From positions 62,001 to 126,000 of the forward strand of contig NIVC01001938.1 of NCBI GenBank assembly GCA_002269645.1: a stretch of 64,000 nucleotides of DNA. Direction: 5' to 3'. Below, piece by piece: positions 51,209 to 62,155 of the stretch (positions are counted from its first letter, which is position 1; each line of letters opens with the position of its first letter). This DNA is from Macrostomum lignano. Lineage: Eukaryota. The notes beneath the pieces were generated by a model, which was given only the letters and a program-made list of their open reading frames with translations, searched no databases and was not told the DNA's origin. The translations under genes were made by a program, and so were the position numbers.

Positions 51209-52192
51209 TCGCACCTTGTCGGGCTACATTCGGCTTGTGACCAACACCGCCGGCTGGCACGTTTACGAGCTGCTGCACAGACTGCTGCCGGGATCCGAGG
51301 TGGGCCGAGGTTTCGTGCTCAACAACCTCACAACGCTGACAGTCTGCGGTGTGCGTTCCCCTGATACGATTGTGCGAAGTCTCACGCAGCACGACGGATA
51401 CTCCTGGTCGGCATTGGCGTATCTCAATGCAGCATGCTGGTGCAGGCAACGCGCTGGGTGCTCTCCTACCCGCGGACGGCCAGCCTGCCAAATAATACCG
51501 ATGGCTTTCTGCTAGCTCACCAGCAGATGCGGGCGGCACTCCTTACGATGTTTAAGGATATCCAGCGCCAGCGTCGTATCCGTCAGGAGCGCCTCCAACG
51601 CTGCTCGGCTTGCTCAGAAGCACTGAAGCAAACAATGCGACACCTGAAGCGCCGTCAGTGCCCGCTCCGGGTGGCCGTGTGCAATGCCCTACTCCGGACA
51701 TCAGGTGTCGTGTACCTTTATGGGCCATCAGGAGTCGGAAAAACCACGGCCGTTGAGCGCCACTGGGGCCCAGAGCGAGTATTCTGCCCAACAATCAAGC
51801 CTTTCGATGGCAACGACTTCATCTTTGATGGGCTCGACATCAACAGGCACTCTGTCATCTTCATTGACGAAATTCGGCCCCAATATTTTGAAGGGAGTAG
51901 TGACCTAGAAGCGACGCTACTGCGGCTGTTGAATGGGAACTCGTTTCTAATCAACACGAAGCATCAATCGCATGTGTACGTCGACTGGGCGCAAAGACTC
52001 ATAGTAGTCCTGGCCGGGCACGCTTCGCCTGAAGAATACAGTCCGGATTTTCAGCGCCGGCTGCGGAACGAGAATAATGTCGCTATAGAAATGGATCACG
52101 ACATTGAAGAATGTCATGGGGAGTGCCAGCCAGTACCTGATGGCGCCTACGCTGCTGCCGCCGACGATGAGCCCGACAATGGCATGTACTGA
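49920..52192 (+). pseudogene. Rep-like protein (degenerate HUH region plus SF3 helicase) with long low-complexity N-terminus. Exons 49920-50961 and 51040-52192; frameshift near 51425-51434
   Basis: Walker A YLYGPSGVGKT (51722-51745), Walker B VIFIDE and Arg-finger-like FQRRL. A 78-nt GT-AG intron (gtgagt...tacag) joins the 49887 and 51051 ORFs in frame. HUH-like positions RRYLHVIH, TLSGYIRL and RSPDTIVRSLTQHD lack the catalytic His and Tyr. Confidence 0.68.
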
Positions 52193-52633
52193 TCTTTTGA
52201 TCGATCGATCGATCGATTGATTAATGTTCTGTTTCTTGACTAATTACTTGGCTAGTACTACTACTATTAGAGACTCTGGCCTAATAACGGTTCTTTGTTT
52301 AATAATCAATTCATTTATTCAGCTAGCCAGCCAGCCAGCTATTCCCCCCTCCCCCAATGTTTTTGTCGCATAGTTTAAAGCCTTCTTAAGCCTATTGTTC
52401 CTGTCTATTGACTATACAGTTTTCCCTTGACTAAAAACTGCAGGTATGAAGATTTCTTACTTTGATAATAATAATAATCCACAGCAATGGACAGCAGCGA
52501 TGAGCAGCGGTAGATTAACAACAACGGCGGCAGAAGAAAAAGGACGCTAAAATTCAAATGGCGTGCCAAAGCAGAAAGCTTAGTCTCAATAATAAAATTG
52601 ATATACCTATCAAGAAGAAAGAAGAAGAAATTA

Positions 52634-53355
52634 CTATAGCATTTTGCAGTCAAGTTTGAACTGCGGGCATTCAAATTAGACAAGAAGGGAAGAGCCAAAT
52701 TTCAGAATCCGTCCCCAAGTCAAGCAGAACTTTATGTCTGTGGCACAAACTGAAACACACTGACGGGCACTCAATTTAGACAACGGGCATTCAAATTAGA
52801 CAAGCAGCGGAAAGTCTATGTGTGCCAGAGAGAAAGACCATGGACAATCCGATTCGTCGCTATGCAAGAATTTCCAGAGAGAAGCGTGGCCTCATTATTG
52901 GGGCATGCCAACGTGGTGACTCTGTGGCTGAAATTGCCAACATGTTGGATGTCAAGAGATCATCAGTGTACAACATCTGGAACAAGTTTGTTCAGGATGG
53001 CCAGCGATACGCGCTACCAAGGGGAGGAGCCAGGCACCGTCGAATGAATCCTGCAATGAAGGACCATCTGGCCGCCTTGTTGAATGCCAACCCTCTGATG
53101 ACACTCGGGCAAATGCGGGAATCGCTTCAAATGCGGGTTCACAGAATGGTTGTCTGACAACAGACGCAACACGATCTTGAATTGCCCAGCCAATGCGCCT
53201 GAGAACTTGTCTAATTTGAATGCCCCTTGTCTAAATTGAGTGCCCACCAGTGTGATTTTGTCTAGGCCATAGATAGCATTTGTGCCAGCAGTGAGATCTG
53301 GTCAAGCGTCTAATTTGAATGCCCGCAGTTCAAACTTGACTGCAAAATGCTATAG
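52634..53355 (+). mobile_element. Internally deleted IS630/Tc1-like transposon retaining the HTH region
   Basis: Perfect 48-bp inverted repeat (ctatagcattttgcagtcaagtttgaactgcgggcattcaaattagac) with inner repeated gggca(t/c)tcaa(a/t)ttagacaa motifs at both ends. ORF 52838-53157 MDNPIRRY...SVAEIANMLDVKRSSVYNIWNKF is a Tc1-type HTH with no DDE domain. Confidence 0.85.
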
Positions 53356-54319
53356 CTAGCTGCTGTTAGGCGGCTTCGTTCAACGACTATAATCTTCCTT
53401 GTCTTTACAGTCCAATACATTAATAGTTTATGGCTTTAACTTTGATTACAACTATAAATAACTGATACATTTACATAATAAATAATAATCTTATATCTAA
53501 AGCTGAGTGGATCGATCGACCGGCCGGGTTTAACGCGTATCTCCTCCTAAACGGCTGGCAACTCAAATGCGGGACTTATATATATCAATGCAGAATTTTC
53601 CTACGCAACAAATAGGCTATTTTAATGTTGAAATTTTCAAAATTAAGTCTGTTAAAAAAGCAGAAAACTGTTTTCTTAACCTTCTTTGGCCACATTGCCT
53701 CTCCAGTGGAGGGGTAGTGGCATAATTGTAAAAACAACTACCCCAACCTCCTCCCGCGGGTCGCTGTGTTTTGGAGGGGTGGGTGACGCGTGTTCTGGGT
53801 TCAATGCTAATAAAACCCCGCGTGTTGGGGGTGCCGTAAAATTTAATGATTCCCCCGGAATAGGGGGGGGGGGGTTGGTTTGGGCTGAGTGTACATAGCA
53901 ATGTACTGTGTAAACAGATAGAAAAGGACTGTGTCGAGATTCAATTGGTTTTATTATCGGCGTCTTTCAAAAGGCTGTGTATTAGCTGGGCAGCTAAATT
54001 CAATGAATAAACTTGCGAGCGGGAAGTTCAAACGCAAACTGTTCCTTGAGTTTTAAGCTTTGAGAGGAGAGAATTTGTATTGCTGGAAAGATCTTGCAAC
54101 GCTGAGTTTGGGGATATAAGTTATTTGTTTTAAATATGAAAACAAAAAGCACAGCATTGAAAAAACGATTTCCATACTTTTAAACTTTCTGCCAAGATTG
54201 TAGTTGGGGGGGAAGGTTGCGTACACAAATTCAAGCCAGCTATCATTTGAGTAATTTTAGTAATGGAGGAGGCGGGTGATAAATTTCAATTGTTTTGATT
54301 ATCGGCGCTTTCAGTCCGT

Positions 54320-55990
54320 CAGATAAGAGAGTAGAGAGAAGAGAGTAGAGAGAAGAGAGTTTTCAAGGAGAAGAGAGGATAGAAAGATGATAGAAAAGAC
54401 AGTAGATATGAGAGCTGAGAGATTAAAGACGAGTCGACGACAGAGGGGAGAGAAGAGTGGAGTAAGGCAAGAATGATGAAGAGGGAAAGTGAAGAGAAGA
54501 GAATGTGGAGGGAAGATAGGGGGGGGGGAAGGAAAAATGAGAGATCAAAGGAGGGAGGAAAGATGGGGAGGAGAGAGGAGGGATAAGAGAGTACAGAGGA
54601 GATAGAAGAGAGAGGAGAGATGAGACAGGAGACGGTAGAGAGGAGAGGGGAAAGATGAGAGATGAAAAAGAAGAGGGTAAGAGAGAAAATAGGAGTATGA
54701 GAAATGAGAGCAGAGAGAAGAGACGAGAGAGAAAAGAGAAGAGAGAGAGGGCAGGGTAGAGGAGAGGCGATAGATAAGCGAGTAGAGATGAGAGATGGAA
54801 GAGAAGAGGAGAGATAAGAGAGAATTGAGAGAAGACAGGAGAGAAGACGGGAGAGAGAGAAGCGAGAAGAGAAGAGAGAGAGGACTCAGGAGAGAGATGA
54901 GAAAAGAAATGAGAGAGCAAAGGGGAAAGATGAGAGAATAGAGATAAGAAAAAAGAGATAAGAGCGCAGAGAGGAGAGATGAGAGATGGGAGGTGATTGA
55001 TAAGAAAGTAAGAGTAGAGATGAGAGAGGAGATGAGAGCAGAGAGAAGAGATTAGATAAAGGAGCAAAGAGGAGAGAGGAGACAGGAGAGAGTCTCAGTC
55101 TGGACCTTGCAGTCAATTTTTGCAAACAGGGAAAACATGCTATGATATTTCAGAGGTTTTATGGAGGATTTTTTAATTTTTTTGACGTATACCCAGACAA
55201 GTAAAAAGCATATTTTATAGACTTCAGTTTCATAGTCTTGAGTGACTGAAATTTGATAGAGATAATATTTTTTTAATTGATGGATTGTAGCTTGAAGGAG
55301 ATGATACACGCTGGATTGCAGTTTAACGGAGATGATTTTGATGATATCTGTTTCATAGAGAGGATGAAATGGCTAAATGAAAGGGAATAGAGAAAAGAGA
55401 AAAGGAAAGAGTGGATAAAATATTAGATGAAAGAGAACATGAAAAGAGAGAATCAAAAGGGACAGATTAGAGAAAAGAAAAAGAGAATAAAGGCGAGAGA
55501 AGAAATGAGGGAATTGAGAGGAGAGAGGAGAGGGGTAAGAGAGGAGAAAGAGGAGACAGGAGGGAGTAGAGCCAAAAGACGAGAGAGAAGAGATAAAAGA
55601 GTAAAGATGAGGGGAGAGAGAGGAGAGAGAAGCGAGAGGATAAGGGAGAGAGGAGAGGGGAGAAAGTAGAAAGATGAGAGAGCAGAGAGGAGATAAAGGA
55701 GAGGAGAGTGAAGAGATAAAAGAGAAGAGAGGAAAAAGTAGAGGAGAAAGTAGTGAGGAGAAAGAAGAGAGTAGATATGAGAGTGCAGAAAGGAGAGATA
55801 AGAGAGTAGAGATGAGAGATAAGAGATGAGATGAGAAATGATTGATAAACGAGCAGATAAGAGCAGAGAGGAGATAGGAGAGATTAGAGATGAGAGAGCA
55901 AAGAGGAGAGAGGGACAGACGAGAGTCTCAATCTGGACAATGGCAGGCAGTCAATTTTTGCAAACAGGTAAAACAACATGATTTTTGGGG
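54320..55990. repeat. Two long homopurine (GA-rich) tracts, each followed by the same ~90-bp tail
   Basis: Tracts ~54320-55090 and ~55380-55925; tail gagagtctca(g/a)tctggac...gcagtcaatttttgcaaacagg at 55088 and 55921. Confidence 0.85.
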
Positions 55991-56373
55991 GGTTAATAGA
56001 GGATTTGGAGAGGATTTGGACGATGGGATTCGTGTCATTGGATTCAGCTGATGGATTTCAGGGAATGAAATTCTGGCGATGGGAGTTCTATCCCCTTACT
56101 CCGCCAACGGAGGAGTTGGCCTCGTATAATATAATAATAACATCGGAAAAACTGATCACGCAATATCAAAAGATGAAAAAAATTATAAACAAGGGCTGGC
56201 TAACTAACGCATGTCCATCGTACAGTTCATATTCATAGTGCGCGCATAATTCCCTAAAATAATAGCTAAATGGATCGAATCCCTGATAATTTATCCCTGA
56301 TCCCTGATAACGTACGTGCGCGCTTTGTACGCTATCGTACTAATAGTAATTAAACACACTGGCGGCGGATCTT

Positions 56374-56674
56374 TTAACTCTGCCGCTGAACCTTGGCGAC
56401 AGGCTGCGAAACAACTCCCAAGCCTCCATCCTGGCCGCCGTCACAACTTGCTGAGTTTTGCCTCCGCCTCCGCCGCTGCTTGCTTCTGCTGCCGCCGCCG
56501 CCGCCGCCGTGCACTGCAGCATCAGCGCGCTGCGTCGGCCGAATCTCGCCGCCGCCGCCGCCGCTGTCTTTGGCACCACCGCTGTCGGCCAGCAATGCCG
56601 ATCGGACAGCCAGCGCCGAGGAAATTGCGGCAGAAGCAGAAGCAGAAGAATTCGCCGACTCAGACGCTGCTGCG

Positions 56675-56706
<32 letters not shown>

Positions 56707-57412
56707 TGGTTTAGTAGGATGGCCGTTGCCAACTGTCTGGCGCGAGCGGATGACGGCACCCATTTGCAGCGCCCTGTGCGCGTTATAGCCGTCGTTTCGG
56801 CATATAACCGCCGGCGAGGTGCCATGGGCGCGGGCAAATGCGTGCAGCTGCGCCGGCTCCATCGCCAGGACGACGCTGCATATTGTGCGGCGCCAGTCAG
56901 TCGCAACATAATGCCGGCCGAGCAGCCTATCGCCTCCAGTGCTGATCATGCGGCTGAATGCGCTCTCGCTGTAGACGAGGCCATAAATATCCAAAAAAAT
57001 TGTGGACACCTCGGGCGGAGGAACAGTGACTCCGCGCGCAACGAGGCTCGGCCGGATGTAGGCGTCGTGCAGGCGCAGCAGGGCGTCGCAGAAGAGGTCG
57101 GGCAGCACCATTGTGGCTGGCTGGCCAGTATGCCCGGCCTTGTGCGGAACTTCGGTCGGCGGCAGCACCAGGTGCGAGTGCCCAACGAGATCTTCTTCAG
57201 TGGCACTGATGCTGGTGTCGCGAAACAGCTGGTCCCGGTCGTCCGCCGCCCTGTGTTGCACTGCACGGTTAAGCAGATGCTGCCGCCGCAGATAAATCCA
57301 CGGCAATAGACTAATCGGCTGTTCCACGCTGCAGAAGAAAACGAACTCCTGCACAATGCGCCGGACAAATACCATGGCGCACAGCTGATTGTCGTCGTCG
57401 CTGCGAGACGAG

Positions 57413-57450
<38 letters not shown>

Positions 57451-59649
57451 GTCTCCAGTTTGCGGCAGCGCCTCCCAACTGTGCTCAAGCAGCATATTAA
57501 AAAACCGGCCGCGCCGGTTAAAAATATTGCACACTTCGCTACGTTTAATATAGCTGGCCATATAGCCCATCTGCCGACCATGGTGGCCCAGCTTATGGAG
57601 CTGCTCCTGGAGTGAGCGTACAGCGGCGAACTCACCTTTGGCTTCGTCGATCAGCGAAGACATGCGCACAACTGCAAACTGCCTAGCAGCGAGTGGGTTG
57701 TCGCTCATCAGCTGCTGCTGAGCTCGCCAGCCGGCCTGCTCGGCATCCCCTCTGTCGTCGGCATCGGCGGCGGCGGCGGCACAAAACAACTCTGATTGGC
57801 GCAGTCCGATCGCGTCGAGCACCTGCTCAAGACAGCGATTGCCGCGCAATGTGAGCCAACCCTCCAGGGAGAGCAGGATGGTAACTATCTCCTGGCACTT
57901 GCGGCCCGCCGTTGAAGGCGCCAGCTTCAACTGATTGGTGACCACCTCCAAGCCAAAGACGCCAGCAATGAGGAAAGGCCGCAGCACTAGGTCGGCCAGA
58001 GTGAGCTGCTTGCGCTGCCACAGCCGCTCCAGTGTTGCCTCAACGGAATCGCGGATCTTTCCCCAGCGGCGTTTGTGGCTTTAGTTGGCGGAGACGCGCA
58101 TCTTAGTTGGCGCCGTCCACCAGAGCACGGACAGTCGGTTCAGCGTGGCCTCAATCGACGGCCGGTCGCCGAGCGACACTTTCCTGGCTGGGTGCTCCTT
58201 GCTGAAGTGGCGAAAGACGGAGGCGGAGCTGGCAGACTGACGCTCGCCATGGCGTCGCCGCTGCTGGCACTGGGCGCTGCCGACGAGGTCTCCTCCTCAA
58301 CATTGTCAGCAGCAGCAGCAGCAGCAGAAGAAGAATGAGGCTTCAGCGCCGCCCGGCGCTGCTTTGGTGGCGTGGCAGGTAGTCTGACGAGCAGTTGTTG
58401 GCCATTGCTGATGTTGGCAGACGAGCTGCTGGGTCGCTCCAGCGCGATATCAGCTGTCTGCAACGACAATGGCGAATGACTGGCCAATGGCGGCACGACT
58501 GTCGGCGCAGCTGCAACAGCAGCAGCAGCAGCAGCAGCAGTAGAACTGTCTGGCTGCAGCATCTGCGGCTCATCGTCAGCTTCCTCCTGCTCCTCAACCG
58601 TCGGGCAAAGCAGCAGGCGGCGGCGGCGATCGTTTGATGAGAAGCAGGCAGCGCGTCCCATTGCATCTGCAGCGACCATCATATCGATGATCGCTGTATT
58701 ATCCTCTTCAAAGATGACATCAGCAGTCTCCGCCGCTACCGATGCCGATGCATCATCGGGGTCCGCTGCCGGAGGTACTGACTGCGCGGCGGAATCGATT
58801 GAACCCTGGCAGCGATGGGCCCGAAGCCGACACCGCGCCTCTCCGCAGACGGGGCAGACGGCGATCACTTCCAATCGATGGCTGGCTTTGGTGCTGCGGC
58901 TGCACTTGATCGCCAACCAAACAATGTTTCTCCGCTGCTTGCCGTCTGCGGCAGACCATTGTGCCTCCGTAGGGCGCATGCGCTCTGGCACATCACTCAG
59001 CTGGAAGCTCTGCAGGACCTCTCTCTCATGGCGATTTATATAGTGGCGCTTCAAGTTCGCACCAGGTACAGTCTCGCCACACACAGGGGGGTCTTTCTCG
59101 AAAGCAACTTACGATCGACCATAGACGTAAGTTGGGTAAGCTACACTTACGGGTTGCTCGAAGGGCTCGCAAGTTAGCTATGCGTAAGATTGATCGCAAC
59201 TTTACGAGTTCGTAACTTTGCGCAAAAGACTGTTTCTCGAAACGTTCGTATGTCTATGGTCTTTCGTAAGGTTGATCTTAACCCTACGACTGCTCGGTAT
59301 CAGTCGTAAGACGCACTTAAGCACTAATCGCATAGTACGTGAAGCTTTAGTCAAGCCAAGTCAAGTTAAACTTTATCGAAGGTGGGTCTTTCTCGAAAGC
59401 AACTTACGATAGACTAAGTAAAGATATTTGCAGATTTATGACCATAGACATGCAACTTTTCGTTTCAGATTCGACTTACGAACAGCGTAAGCCACGCAAA
59501 ATCTAAGTGAGTTTTGAGAAAGCGTCTTACGAGCAAACTTACGCTACACGTAAATTTCTTTCTTACGATCTAACTTACCATAGAACTTATGTGAGTTTCG
59601 ATAAACACCCCCCTGGGCATTCCGAATTTCGGCGGCATTTCGAAGCCAT
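56374..59649 (-). pseudogene. Zinc-finger plus divergent tyrosine-recombinase-like gene, disrupted by a MITE, a frameshift and an in-frame TAA (58081-58083)
   Basis: Reconstructed N-terminus MASKCRRNSEC|PVCGETVPGANLKRHYINRH (C2H2-like) and a second CPVC...HRC motif. The C-terminal ORF has LAPSTA (core-binding-like), HKAGHTGQPATMVL, YIRP, FLDIYG, ATDWRRT (HxxR-equivalent) and ARAHGTSPAVICRNDGY (GTS...Y). The first catalytic Arg position reads EQP. Confidence 0.62.
59087..59612. mobile_element. PIF/Harbinger-like MITE inserted in the zinc-finger codons
   Basis: Imperfect TIRs gggggtctttctcgaaa / tttcgataaacaccccc; 3-bp flanks cag (59084-59086) and ctg (59613-59615). Internal second copy of the left end near 59384. 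Excision restores the reading frame. Confidence 0.75.
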
Positions 59650-62032
59650 TTCCTCCTAAGTAAATACACTCAGCAACATTTAAAACGCAACACTCTAACT
59701 AGAAGAAAAATTTTTCTTGTATATATTTTCTAATTATTAAGCGCCAATACAATTTTTTCTACACTACTACTACCCAAGTGCCCTCCCCATCAACCTCCAT
59801 CAAACCTTTAGCACCCAACCCCATATTTCTTAAGCTGAAGAAGCACCCATCCCCCAGAATTTTTCTTTAATTTTGCAGCAATCGCATGAGTGCATCGGAC
59901 GAATGCAATGTTTGTATGACTAGGTTCTGTCTGGCTGGCTGGCTGGCTGTTTGTCGAGATTTGAGGTTTCTGCCATAAACTATAGCTATCTTTTAACCCA
60001 AGCCTACTGGCTAGCTGATTCCTTTGCTTCAGTAGTTGTCCTTTGTTTGGATAGTTCGGCCATAGACTAAAGTACATGGCTGCGGATTCTTGCTCGGGAG
60101 GTTAGACCATAAACTACTTTTTGGCGGACAGGTTTCTCGCTCGGCTAAAGGCGGAGCTACTCTCTTTCAACTATCTCGCTCCTTTATTCTGCAGTGCTTT
60201 AGCTCTGGTCGTAAGCTTTTGTTCTTCTAACACCACCCTTTGTTTGAGGTAAGTTTTCAGTACTGCTTTGACTATATTACAGGCCTGTAACTTCTTACAG
60301 GCCCCAAGCGTCATTAGTTGAATTATTTGAGTAGCTATTATCTATCTATCTCTTATATTTGATCGGAGGCCCCTTCCATGCTGCATGCAATTTTCTTATT
60401 TTCTTGGCTTGCAAGAACTCCTGCCGAGATTGTCTCCATTTTTATTCAATACCGTCCGTTATATCCTTGCACGTCGATTTAGTCTTACAAGCTAGAGGGG
60501 AGCAGCTCAGCGGTAAACAGCTTTGACTCCAGCACCACGAATCATTCATTTGGGGCTTGTGCAATGACTCAAGCATTCAGTCATCACCCCGACGCTGTCG
60601 GCACCTTAAAGGAGACGAAAACATGACTAAGGACACCCAAAAGAGATAATTTTTTAGCCATTTTAGTAACATTTATTACTTGATCTTCAGTCCACACAGA
60701 AATTCGATACTTTTTTGTTATTTTTTCTCTTGGCAAAAATTTGGTTCAATTTACAGTTCAGTTAACTAATTGCGTCATCACGTCGAGTGATGATAGACTG
60801 TTTGTGAGCCTTAGCTGAGAATGACCAGGAGTTAAAGTTTGCCCATTATTGATGATTGATCAGTGACATCAAAGACATTCGCAAAAGGATGTCCATAGTC
60901 GCGTGGTGTAATCTGTTGAAGGTGCCAATGGCGTCTGAGTGATGACGGAATGCTTGAGAGACTAGCTGAGAACGTCCAGCAGTCGAGTTTTGCCCACTGT
61001 CGAGGCTTGATCAGCGAAACTAGAGAAATCCGCATCAGGGTGTCCATAGTCACCTGGTGCCACCTGTTGAAGGTCCAGAAGCTCCGCCTGGGTGAAGGCT
61101 AGTGACCAAAGAAGTCAGTGCTGATGCAGACACATGTGATCGACGTGCTGATGAAGTTTGGAGGCTTGGCAAGGCTGCACTGAGGCGCAGTGCTGATTGG
61201 CGCACAGGGGTGTACTGAATACACTAGCGCTTATGGAAACAATCCGACTTTTTGGCAAAATCGTAGAATATCTCAACGGTCCAGAGGGCTGGCGACTTTA
61301 TTCTTGTTTGAAAAGGTGCGCAACAGAAAGTTAGCCCGTGTTTTTTTGTGTGTCTGCGTTGCTCCGTTCCGGCGCAGCCAAGAAAATTGTCAGGGGGGGG
61401 GATTTTTCCCGTCTGGCAGTTTTGTGCACCTTACGACAGGATTATTACGAAGTACCATGCACCGGCGGTTTTTTTAACGATCCAACGATCCAGCGAACCC
61501 TTCAATCGAACCGCATCGCATACCAGTGCCCATACGAGAGGTGGAGGCCCTAATGTATGGCACCACCCCAGCAGAAGTGCATTCAGTAGGTGAACAATAC
61601 TCAACCGTACATCGAGGTGTCTAGAGCTGGTCGACACCTTTGGCTGAATGACAACAAACTGACATTCAGACAACCAACTGACCCCTCTCTCTCTCTCTCT
61701 CTCTCTTCATTACAACGACTGTGCGTCGGTGTGTGCATTAAACTGTATGTGTTCACTGCTCACTGTTCGTTCATTCACTGCTCACTGTTCGTTCATTCAC
61801 TGCTAAATGGATTCCAAATAAACAGTGTTGTCGGATTCAGCGCGCAGGAATGTCGTTCCCGCACTCGTTCGCGTACCGGAATGCAACTGTCTATGGTAAA
61901 AACGCCATTGAAATCAAAGAGAAAATCAGTGCAGGAATGATGTGCGATTCTTGCACTATAAAGGAAACGGAACATTTATTATATAGTATATTTAGTTCAT
62001 TTAAATTTACTTTGGTTCACTTTGGTTTAAGT

Positions 62033-62155
62033 GTCTATGGTCTCGTATTACTGGTCTGGTTTTAAGTGTCTATGGTCTCGTATTACTGGTCTGGGTTTAA
62101 TTGTCTATGGTCTCGTATTACTGGTCTGGGTTTAATTGTCTATGGTCTCGTATTA
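62033..62155. repeat. 35-bp tandem repeat, about 3.5 copies
   Basis: gtctatggtctcgtattactggtctgg(t/g)tttaa(g/t)t at 62033, 62068, 62103, 62138. Confidence 0.92.

Noticed and set aside
52200-56370. Capsid gene or CRESS nonanucleotide origin between Rep and YR
   Set aside because: No ORF of capsid size or character (55978-56238 is short and featureless), and no NANTATTAC in a stem-loop was seen.
56316-59177. Plus-strand ORFs overlapping the YR and zinc-finger genes (for example 56458-57309)
   Set aside because: Antisense shadows of GC-rich, trinucleotide-repeat coding sequence with no motifs.
60497-60548. tRNA-like or SINE head (ggggagcagctcagcggtaaa...)
   Set aside because: Only an A-box-like segment; no convincing B box or cloverleaf.
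48200-61500. Terminal inverted or direct repeats delimiting the Rep-YR unit
   Set aside because: Only short chance-level matches were found by eye between the left and right flanks; boundaries need multi-copy alignment.
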